Source of the DNA: a virus
Lineage: Duplodnaviria > Caudoviricetes
Reading direction: 5' to 3' (one strand)
IMG/VR virus record: IMGVR_UViG_3300017781_000107
Span: 1-26,248 of that record
Length of the DNA stretch: 26,248 nucleotides
Both the position numbers and the translations under genes were made by a program. The notes beneath the pieces were generated by a model. That model was not told the DNA's origin. It did no database searches and saw only the letters and a program-made list of their open reading frames with translations. Numbering within the stretch: position 1 is the first letter of the stretch; every line of letters starts with the position of its first letter. Positions 1 through 8,115 of the stretch are shown here, in pieces.

Positions 1-317
1 CCACCTGTAGCACCTTGTGTCCCTGCACCAGTTTCTCCTTGAGTTCCTATATCTCCTTTTGAACCACCTGCTCCAGTTTCACCTTGAGCACCTGCTGGTC
101 CTGCATTACCTTGAGGTCCTGTATTACCAATAGTACCTTGTGTACCAGTTGAACCATCATCACCTTTTTGTCCTGAAGCACCTTGTGATCCTGGAGAACC
201 CTGAGGTCCTAAATCTCCTTTTGTACCAGCTGATCCACCTGCACCATTTGCACCTTGTGGTCCGTTTGGTCCTGCAGCTCCTTTATCTCCACTTACACCT
301 TGAGCACCTTTTGTTCC
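1..317 (-). repeat. Collagen Gly-X-Y triplet repeat (about 35 triplets visible)
   Basis: Glycine at every third codon (GAQ, GPQ, GTQ, GSQ, KGD motifs), with one G-A-G interruption near the window edge. Confidence 0.92.
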
Positions 318-599
318 GGATGCTATTGATGCTTTAGAGATTGTGTTAGTAGCATCATCAATTTGTACAACATACCCTGTTGAGGCAATTGCTGGTCCCA
401 TATCAAATTTATTGTATGAACCTGATAAGTGTAATGATCCTGTTATTTTAAGTGACCCTGAAAGTGCTGGATCCGTACTATTACCAATTGTAATGTCGTA
501 ATTTTGGGCACCTGTGAAAGCGTCAACAGATTGAGAGACTTGTAGAGCCTCTATGGTCAAACCTGTCTGTATGTTAGTTTTATCGAGTGTTAATGCCAT
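1..599 (-). CDS. Collagen-like tail fibre/whisker protein (runs off the left end of the window)
   Basis: Not in the ORF track. ATG at 599-597 opens MALTLDKTNIQTGLTIEALQVSQSVDAFTGAQNYDITIG...LSGSLKITGSLHLSGSY..., then Gly-X-Y repeats (GTKGAQGVSGDKGAAGPNGPQG...GTQGATGG) from 317 to the window edge with no stop. The late-promoter motif lies at 620-628. Confidence 0.9.
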   Translation of the reverse strand, partial: MALTLDKTNIQTGLTIEALQVSQSVDAFTGAQNYDITIGNSTDPALSGSLKITGSLHLSGSYNKFDMGPAIASTGYVVQIDDATNTISKASIASGTKGAQGVSGDKGAAGPNGPQGANGAGGSAGTKGDLGPQGSPGSQGASGQKGDDGSTGTQGTIGNTGPQGNAGPAGAQGETGAGGSKGDIGTQGETGAGTQGATG

Positions 600-619
600 G
601 GTATAAGGTTATATTTTAT

Positions 620-628
620 TATAAATAT
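620..628 (-). promoter_or_regulatory. Putative phage late promoter ATATTTATA
   Basis: The + strand reads tataaatat, 20 nt upstream of the collagen gene ATG. The same motif recurs in other intergenic gaps. Confidence 0.7.
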
Positions 629-635
629 GTAAATT

Positions 636-1703
636 TTATTGTCTGTCTATGTTTACTAAAATAGTTGTGTCAGTTGTTCTTGAAGTGGGCAAAGGTTGCG
701 CTAACTTCCCAACTGCTACCAACTCATTATTATTATTATACATACCAACTGTTGTAATATAGGGTGAAAAGTATGATGAAGTTACAAAATTGTAAACTGC
801 ACCATCATTACTAGAACCTGTTATAGTTGTTGGATTTAATGAATAATTAAATTCGTCTTCTGCTAATGTGCACTTATATTGCGTCTCATAAATAGTGAAA
901 GAGGAAGAAAATGATGCAGTAATGTCGGTAGTGAATGCAAAGTTGTCTACATCAGCGTATCCAACAGTTCTACCACCATATTTTCCTGCTCCATATTCAA
1001 CACTTCCATATGATCCTGTTTCTCCAGTACCTACATTTCTAGGTCCTCCTGTAAAAATTACCATTCCATGTTCGTAAACTACGTTACCAACATTAATGGA
1101 TTGAGATGGTATTCTTAAAGGGCAATCTCTCATTAATCTACCTTCTCCATCATCAAAATAACTACCACTTGGAGTTACAATTCTTAATGATTTAGGTTGT
1201 ATAAAATCACCAAATAATGCTTTTGGTATGGACATTACAGCTATGGTAGGATTAAATGATCCTGTCCCATAAATTGCTTCTCCATACTTAGCTGATCCAT
1301 ATTTTGCTCCATCTAATGTTAGAGTGGTATATGAACTAGTTATGAAATATTTTTCTGGTACTAAGTTTGTTTGTTCGAAATTAAAGAATGCATTACTACC
1401 TATTGGACCTATTGATGTTCCATCTGGTTGTATTGAGGCTGTATTTACCTGCTGTACATCTCCATTACTACTTGATATAAAATTTGAATAATATAACTGT
1501 CTAATAGATGAATAAACGGCAGATTGTGTATATTGAGTATCGGTTGTCCCTGATGTTAATACATCTTGTAAAGGACTACCTAAATATCTAGCAATATCAA
1601 CATTTGATGCTGTTAAAGCATTGCCTTCGTATTCGAATCCTTTAGTTAATTCTAAAGGCGATATTATTATATCTTGTGAATTGAATTGTTTGTACGCCGC
1701 CAT
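636..1703 (-). CDS. Virion structural protein with tail-collar/baseplate-like C-terminus; paralog of 1710..2747
   Basis: C-terminal EFNYSLNPT...YITTVGMYNNNNELVAVGKLAQPL matches the adjacent gene and resembles the EiGlyd..g.lIAV half of P2 gpH/DUF3751 tail-collar domains. Contains two YGxxxYG repeats. Confidence 0.65.
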   Translation of the reverse strand: MAAYKQFNSQDIIISPLELTKGFEYEGNALTASNVDIARYLGSPLQDVLTSGTTDTQYTQSAVYSSIRQLYYSNFISSSNGDVQQVNTASIQPDGTSIGPIGSNAFFNFEQTNLVPEKYFITSSYTTLTLDGAKYGSAKYGEAIYGTGSFNPTIAVMSIPKALFGDFIQPKSLRIVTPSGSYFDDGEGRLMRDCPLRIPSQSINVGNVVYEHGMVIFTGGPRNVGTGETGSYGSVEYGAGKYGGRTVGYADVDNFAFTTDITASFSSSFTIYETQYKCTLAEDEFNYSLNPTTITGSSNDGAVYNFVTSSYFSPYITTVGMYNNNNELVAVGKLAQPLPTSRTTDTTILVNIDRQ

Positions 1704-1709
1704 CCATTC

Positions 1710-2747
1710 TTAAAAATCTAATTTAACTCTAACTAATGCTTCTTTTGTAAAGTCCTTATTTAGAGGTTTTGATAATTTTGCTACTGCTAATAATTCGTTA
1801 CTATCATTATATAAACCTACAGTTGTCATGTATGTTTGTGGGTTGTTTATGAAATAATCATAAATTACCTCTCCTGTTGATCCTGAAATATATGATGGGT
1901 TTTCTGAATAGTTAAATTCTGAGTTTCTTGCTCTAACAAATACAAAATCAGATGTAATAGTTTCTTCACTATTTAATCCGAAAAATCCACTTCCTGAAAT
2001 TGCGTTCCACATTTTAAGTGAATTAACTGGTGAACCAGGAGTATTTGCTGATGTTTCAGTTTGTAAGTTAAGTCCTGATGCTGCGTTAACATCTAAAGCA
2101 TCCCCATTTAATAATATAGTTCCAATGTCCGGTAAGAATAAACCATATGAACCACTCGCTTGAGAGTATCCATTAACATTAACTGATGTATTTGCTACAC
2201 CATCTGAACCTGATACTATTTGATATGCTCTTGTTGTACCATAATATGTTGGTAAATTAATACCTGGTGTTTGAGAGTTATCTGTTAAGTGTAATGTTGT
2301 TTCACCTGCACCACTTCCGCTTAGTCTTAAATTTAAAGAACCTGGGAATAATGATTGCTTGTATCTTGATCTTTCTATACTAAGTGCATAAATAGAACTA
2401 CCTGTTACATCTCCAAATACAAAATCTGAATTTTCATCTTCTAAAACTAATGTTCTATATTGTCCGTATATTGTTGATGAAGGGGATATATTTGATACTA
2501 ATGAATTGAAGGCATAAGCACCTCCACCACTTTTATTACCATAGGCAATCTCAAATTGTGCAGTTGAAAGCGAAGATGTAGGGTTACCATTAAAAATGGT
2601 AGTGTAATATACACCTGAATCACTGTTAATCTGATTAGATTGGGTGAAAAAAGTTGTTAACGTTGGTTCATTATTTGACCAACAAGTAGCTGTTTGCGCC
2701 TGTGCACTTACTACAAAATCGTCTGCTTCTAATCTTTTAAATGCCAT
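1710..2747 (-). CDS. Virion structural protein with tail-collar/baseplate-like C-terminus
   Basis: C-terminal EFNYSENPSYISGS...YMTTVGLYNDSNELLAVAKLSKPLNKDFTKEALVRVKLDF; Ser/Thr/Gly-rich; lies in the baseplate cluster. Confidence 0.65.
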   Translation of the reverse strand: MAFKRLEADDFVVSAQAQTATCWSNNEPTLTTFFTQSNQINSDSGVYYTTIFNGNPTSSLSTAQFEIAYGNKSGGGAYAFNSLVSNISPSSTIYGQYRTLVLEDENSDFVFGDVTGSSIYALSIERSRYKQSLFPGSLNLRLSGSGAGETTLHLTDNSQTPGINLPTYYGTTRAYQIVSGSDGVANTSVNVNGYSQASGSYGLFLPDIGTILLNGDALDVNAASGLNLQTETSANTPGSPVNSLKMWNAISGSGFFGLNSEETITSDFVFVRARNSEFNYSENPSYISGSTGEVIYDYFINNPQTYMTTVGLYNDSNELLAVAKLSKPLNKDFTKEALVRVKLDF

Positions 2748-2757
2748 TTATTTATTT

Positions 2758-3423
2758 TTATGTTGTTGACTTAGTTATTGTAATTGGAATAGTTATTCTA
2801 GCTCCACTATCTAAACCATTAACTGTTAATGTACTTAATAATGTTGAATTAGATCCAAATAATGTATTTACTGTTGTTGCTCTTAATGTAAATTGTGTTC
2901 CAACTATCGTTGATGATACATTAGTTCCAATAGTTTGTGTTGCTGTTGCATTAGCACTAGCAGCAGATGTTGTATTAATACCTGTTCCTTCAAACGTATT
3001 TAATAATCTAATATCAGCAATTGTAGCTGAATAACCTGCTGTTTCAAATACTTGATCATTACCTAAATAATTCAATGTTTGAGGGGTTATTGCAATTGTA
3101 GCACCTTGTTGTAATGTAATAGCATCGTATCCTAAATTAAGTATAGGTAATTTAGCTGTACCTCTTGGTAGCGTAGCTAATTTATATTTCATTATTTGTG
3201 ATTCCTCTGGAAATGCTTCTAATAAAGGCATTCCATCTATAGCTTGACCATAGAATGCAGAACCTGATGGATGATTTGGTTGATAAAGTGTATAATCAAT
3301 CTCATCATCTGAAAGTGCAAATTGTGTGATTCTGAATGAACCATCATTAGCTGCCAATAATTCTCTACCTTTAGTAGTTAGAATTGCGTCAACTGTTATT
3401 ACTGAATTATTTAAATATCCCAT
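2758..3423 (-). CDS. Virion structural protein with tail-collar-like N-terminus
   Basis: N-terminal AILTTKGRELLA...FRITQFALSDDEIDY resembles the ilT..G...lA...it..a.gD start of DUF3751/gpH. The C-terminus is beta-rich and Thr-rich. Two promoter motifs precede it. Confidence 0.6.
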   Translation of the reverse strand: MGYLNNSVITVDAILTTKGRELLAANDGSFRITQFALSDDEIDYTLYQPNHPSGSAFYGQAIDGMPLLEAFPEESQIMKYKLATLPRGTAKLPILNLGYDAITLQQGATIAITPQTLNYLGNDQVFETAGYSATIADIRLLNTFEGTGINTTSAASANATATQTIGTNVSSTIVGTQFTLRATTVNTLFGSNSTLLSTLTVNGLDSGARITIPITITKSTT

Positions 3424-3436
3424 TGTTGTTTTTTTA

Positions 3437-3464
3437 TATAAATATTGTTATATGTTATAAATAT
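3437..3464 (-). promoter_or_regulatory. Tandem pair of putative late promoters ATATTTATA (3437-3445 and 3456-3464)
   Basis: Two exact tataaatat copies on the + strand in a 42-nt intergenic gap, 13 and 32 nt upstream of the ATG at 3423. Confidence 0.7.
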
Positions 3465-3465
3465 G

Positions 3466-6400
3466 TTACTCTATTAGTTTCTTATCTCTTAGGTTACGAA
3501 TTACATTATCTGGCTCAATCTCTATTGCTGCTATTGGGTATTGTGGAAATATTATACCCGTTGGTGTGTTATTTTGCTTTAATAAAGGTTGATACTTAGT
3601 AATAAAACTTCCTGATGGTGTTGATACTGCTGATGCAGTAGTTGCTGAACTCATACCTGCGTCTCCACTAGCATCAAAGTAATTTGTTAATGTATTGTCA
3701 CTAACTACAAATTCTTTTTCTGATGGTAACCCACCATAAGGGAAAATTTGATTAACTACTATTGAATTTGGACTATATCTATATCTTCTTAATATAAAGA
3801 AGTTAAGATTTGTTGCTGCTGCTATTGGTCTATTTAATACTAATTTTAATTTATTAGTATTTGTTAGTGAATTATTTTCTTGGGGTGTTATTACTTCTTG
3901 TATTGTATATGATTTTGATTCGTTGTTTTCAAACCTAATTTCATCACCTACCATAACAGACCAAGGTATGTTATTTTGTGCAATTACTGTATCTGCTGGT
4001 TCTAACCCTCCAGGGAAAACTTCATTTGATGATGCTGTATATGGTAAAAATCCTTGGAAATAACCATTTTCAACCCCATATGTTGTATTACCATTTATAG
4101 ATTGTAATTCTATAGTATTTAATACAGGTGTTGCTGCTGATTGTGAGAAATCCCAATATGGAAAATTTAATGCATTATTTGTAGATGATTGACCACCTAA
4201 ATCTCCTTCAATGTTAGTTGCGAAGAATGGACCACCAGTTGTTTGGTTTGGTTTTACCCAATCTGTATACCAACTAAATGTTGGATTCCAATAATTATGG
4301 TCTGATTGTAGAGGTTCTGCTTGATAATATAATTCAGATTGCCATCTATATCTTGTACCAGATACTATATTTTCATCATTTGCATTTGTTAAATTTATTT
4401 CGAATTTTAGATAATCTGCATTTCTAATATCTTTACCTGCTTGAGTAAATGCATTTTTAATTTGTGTCTGGTGGATGTTAATTTTATATTCTGTTCTATT
4501 AAGTCTTAATCCTGCATTAGCTTGGCCAAACACAGTTCTTAAGTCAAATACTTCCGTACCATTACCATAATAGCCTACTAATTTTGGATTAGCTAATTCT
4601 TCCATTTTACAGTTTGTCCAGCTAGTAGTTGTTAAAGACGTATTAGTTGTTTTTTGGAGTCTTACAATAATGTAACCAACGTATCCAGTATTGTAATCAC
4701 TACTATCCCAGAAACCACCATTATCTGTTTTAACTTTCCATATAGCTGATGATTCTTGTTGGTAATTTAAAATTAACTTATAATCATCAGATAAAGAAGG
4801 TGGGTTTAAATTTGTTACACTTGGATTAGAGGCAAATGGATCTTCAGTGAAATAATATTCACCAGCATTACCTACATATCCTGGATTAGATACTGATTGT
4901 GTTATTAAAGATGATGAAACAAATACATTAGCACTACTACCTGATAAACCATAATCAGTTGGATAATCTATATCTGTTGTTCCTAATGATATTGATGATG
5001 TTATTCCACCAAGTAAATTATTTAATGTAATAACTTTATCATTAAAATCAGAGGCATTAAATACATTACCTTGAGCATTTAAACCATAATTACAGAATGG
5101 AGCATCATAACTAGATACCCTTGCTGGGTTACCTGCTAATGGAATTGAACTTGTAGTGTCAGGAAAATCTTCACTTCCTGAAATTGCAAATGTTGTTGCT
5201 CCGGTTTGTGACCATAATACTGCTACTGGTTCTTTTGCTACTCTATCTATTGTTTGAAAACCATTTAAACTGTCATATTGAGATGATCCTGATATTTGAT
5301 TAATACCTATTCTTCCTAATCCACCTTCTGTCCAACTTCCTTCTAAATCAAAAGCTGTATACGGTGATAATGTAGGTTGTAAAGCATCTCCTGCTTCATT
5401 TATTAAATATTGTACGTTTAATAGTATCTTATTATTAACTACTGGGTATGGATCTATAATTTGGTTTGAATATCCAAAATATGCTGTTAAATAATCAACT
5501 ACAGGTATTACACCAAACCCCGTTTCATTTCCACTAGTACCACCTAATCCTTCTACTGTATTTACTGCATTAGCTGTCGATCTTGAACCATTATATCTTG
5601 GTAAGATTGAAGGTAAAGATGTATAGTTAGATTCTGGGACTGATGATTTACGTGCTGAACCTGATAGTATTTGTTGGAAGTTATTTGGATTATAAGGATC
5701 TGATGAATAATCAACTTCTTGTATTAATCCATTTCTTCTATATTGTGTTACATTATTTAGAATTGGTTGACAATCGTATGCATTAGTAAATCCATTTGTT
5801 GATTCTGATCCTGAGAATGCATTTTCTATTAGTGTTGGTACTGGTTTTGCACCTCCACCTGCTAGTTGGTTATTAAATTCTAAATTATATTCTTTTACTA
5901 CAAGTGAATTTTGAATTACATCACCTGTTGATTTTGATACTGCTATTGATATATTTAAACAATCTTGAAAAGATATTGATTCCGAAGGAATTAACAAACT
6001 CATTGTATATGCTTCAGGGGCAGTATGAATTGTTGTTGATCTTAATTCCGAAGAAGTTAAAGGTATATCTCCTATATTAGGTATAGTGTTTGGGAAACTA
6101 CCAGTATAAACTGATATAGATGCTGTTGTCCAAGTTGTACCTGGTGTGGATGTTATTTCACCATAATCTCCTGTTCCATAATCATCTGTTCCAAATACTG
6201 CCCCAGGTTCTTCACCTCTCCATACATCTACTAACATCGAAGCTGTTACTTGAATATCGCCTGATGGTAGTTGGTTAAATACATATAAACCATCTTGTGA
6301 GGAAGATAATGATGATGAATAAGAAATATAAACATCATTTACTCTACTTGCAAATGTTCCCTGTACTGGGGCTACATTGGTTGTATATGAAGGGTTTATA

Positions 6401-8073
6401 ATATTATTCGAAAATGTATTATAATTAACAGTACCTGTAAATGATGGTGTTCCTACTAATGCATTATAATCGGCATAAAATCCTTTTAATAATTCAAAAT
6501 ATTGAGGGTTACCATTTGAACCGGTATATGTTATTGTTATATTTGTTGCTGCAGATGAATCTAATTCTGCTCTATATGTTACATAATCATTATATTGACA
6601 TAATAAACCAAATTGTGTAGAACCACTAGCAGGTGTTCCATTACCAGCTTGATCAGTAAAGGCACTTGATGTATAACTATATTCTCCATTCATTAAAGTT
6701 TGGGTTGATATAGCTGCGACTTGATTATCAGTAACACCTCTACTTTGATTAATTCTATTAACAAGTTGTGGTGCTTGTATTACCACATTTGTTACTACTC
6801 CATTTGTAAATGGTTGGTTTGGGTTTGATAATGTACCATTTGCTACTGTAAATTCCCAATAGGTACCACTACCTATATTGTCTATGGAAGTTACATCATA
6901 TATAATATTGTTTGCAGAGTTTGAATTCTGTTCTATTCTTATTTTCCCTAATGATTGACCATGTGAAGCAAATGATTGAGAATAAGGACCTAAATTTAAA
7001 GCTATAGCATAATCGTTAGCTAAACTTATTTTAGTAGCTGATTGTTGGGTTGAATTATTAATTGATACTTTACCTACACCTGGGTCTGCTACTGCTGTTG
7101 AAGCGTTAAATCCTATAGAATTAAATGATTCCGATACATGCTCTTCATATATGCTATAAAATGCTCCTGCTATTGGAAAACTACTTAAAGTATGATATTT
7201 AGTAAATATCCAAAAATCGACATCTCTAGTATCATGATATATTGTAAATGAACCACTATCCATTGATTGTGAGACATTAGAACCACCTTCATTACCTACT
7301 ACAGACAGTTGAGCATAATCATAAGCATCAACAAAAACTGTTCCTGAAGAATTACCTACATTTGTATTAACAGGGTTACCAACTGGTACATAAGGGTCAG
7401 ATGGTATTCCTGATCCTGTTTCTGTTAAAATATATGATTTATAAGGTCTATGTAAGTATGGGTTGTAATTATAAGTATCTCCATCACCACCAACAGTATT
7501 AAACCCTCTAGAAACATAAAGTTCTTGATTATCCGCTATTGGAATAGTTGTTGAGGTAAAATTGATATTACTAGATTGTAAAGTAATAACAATATCATCT
7601 GATGTTGTAATTCCTATAGTATTTAATTGAGATGCAGTTATAGTGATTGTTTCTCCAATTTGCCACCCATCAGAAAGAGGAAAACTACCATTACCTGATA
7701 GTATAGTAACTTGTGTTACAGCAAAAACACCAGTTGTAACTTCTGTTGATACTACTGTTAATGCTGCATTTGTACCATTTAAACTACCATTTAAACCTGT
7801 TATTGGTGTTCCACCTCCAGCATTTGTTACTGTTATAGAACTATAATTTATTCCTGCAGTTGATGGAACTAAATATCTATGTTCAACACCATTATCTACT
7901 ACATAAGATACCCCAGCACCTAAAGAAGATATTTTTGAAGTATAATTAGCATTTAATATTGGAGTAGAATCTTTAATACTATCGATCAAAGTATTCATAC
8001 CTGATTTCGTACTCGATCCAGATACAAATATTTGATTTGTTGTTTCTTTGTAATAATATTTTATGCTACTCAT
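3466..8073 (-). CDS. Large mosaic virion structural protein (baseplate/tail-associated), 1535 aa
   Basis: Long Ser/Thr/Gly/Asn-rich beta-type ORF in the baseplate cluster. It has its own promoter motif and contains the dispersed ~70-aa module, a DPG..G..N module and a YG repeat. Confidence 0.7.
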   Translation of the reverse strand: MSSIKYYYKETTNQIFVSGSSTKSGMNTLIDSIKDSTPILNANYTSKISSLGAGVSYVVDNGVEHRYLVPSTAGINYSSITVTNAGGGTPITGLNGSLNGTNAALTVVSTEVTTGVFAVTQVTILSGNGSFPLSDGWQIGETITITASQLNTIGITTSDDIVITLQSSNINFTSTTIPIADNQELYVSRGFNTVGGDGDTYNYNPYLHRPYKSYILTETGSGIPSDPYVPVGNPVNTNVGNSSGTVFVDAYDYAQLSVVGNEGGSNVSQSMDSGSFTIYHDTRDVDFWIFTKYHTLSSFPIAGAFYSIYEEHVSESFNSIGFNASTAVADPGVGKVSINNSTQQSATKISLANDYAIALNLGPYSQSFASHGQSLGKIRIEQNSNSANNIIYDVTSIDNIGSGTYWEFTVANGTLSNPNQPFTNGVVTNVVIQAPQLVNRINQSRGVTDNQVAAISTQTLMNGEYSYTSSAFTDQAGNGTPASGSTQFGLLCQYNDYVTYRAELDSSAATNITITYTGSNGNPQYFELLKGFYADYNALVGTPSFTGTVNYNTFSNNIINPSYTTNVAPVQGTFASRVNDVYISYSSSLSSSQDGLYVFNQLPSGDIQVTASMLVDVWRGEEPGAVFGTDDYGTGDYGEITSTPGTTWTTASISVYTGSFPNTIPNIGDIPLTSSELRSTTIHTAPEAYTMSLLIPSESISFQDCLNISIAVSKSTGDVIQNSLVVKEYNLEFNNQLAGGGAKPVPTLIENAFSGSESTNGFTNAYDCQPILNNVTQYRRNGLIQEVDYSSDPYNPNNFQQILSGSARKSSVPESNYTSLPSILPRYNGSRSTANAVNTVEGLGGTSGNETGFGVIPVVDYLTAYFGYSNQIIDPYPVVNNKILLNVQYLINEAGDALQPTLSPYTAFDLEGSWTEGGLGRIGINQISGSSQYDSLNGFQTIDRVAKEPVAVLWSQTGATTFAISGSEDFPDTTSSIPLAGNPARVSSYDAPFCNYGLNAQGNVFNASDFNDKVITLNNLLGGITSSISLGTTDIDYPTDYGLSGSSANVFVSSSLITQSVSNPGYVGNAGEYYFTEDPFASNPSVTNLNPPSLSDDYKLILNYQQESSAIWKVKTDNGGFWDSSDYNTGYVGYIIVRLQKTTNTSLTTTSWTNCKMEELANPKLVGYYGNGTEVFDLRTVFGQANAGLRLNRTEYKINIHQTQIKNAFTQAGKDIRNADYLKFEINLTNANDENIVSGTRYRWQSELYYQAEPLQSDHNYWNPTFSWYTDWVKPNQTTGGPFFATNIEGDLGGQSSTNNALNFPYWDFSQSAATPVLNTIELQSINGNTTYGVENGYFQGFLPYTASSNEVFPGGLEPADTVIAQNNIPWSVMVGDEIRFENNESKSYTIQEVITPQENNSLTNTNKLKLVLNRPIAAATNLNFFILRRYRYSPNSIVVNQIFPYGGLPSEKEFVVSDNTLTNYFDASGDAGMSSATTASAVSTPSGSFITKYQPLLKQNNTPTGIIFPQYPIAAIEIEPDNVIRNLRDKKLIE

Positions 8074-8088
8074 TGTCTATAATATAAT

Positions 8089-8097
8089 TATAAATAT
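8089..8097 (-). promoter_or_regulatory. Putative late promoter ATATTTATA
   Basis: tataaatat on the + strand, 15 nt upstream of the ATG at 8073. Confidence 0.7.
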
Positions 8098-8115
8098 TTA
8101 ATTTATCACGTTTTT

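Noticed and set aside
1-317. CRISPR array or DNA tandem repeat
   Set aside because: The periodicity is 9-nt Gly-X-Y codon structure, with no identical repeat-spacer units.
8098-8115. Intrinsic terminator after the giant wedge gene (other gaps also inspected)
   Set aside because: No GC-rich hairpin with a U-tract was seen on the sense strand.
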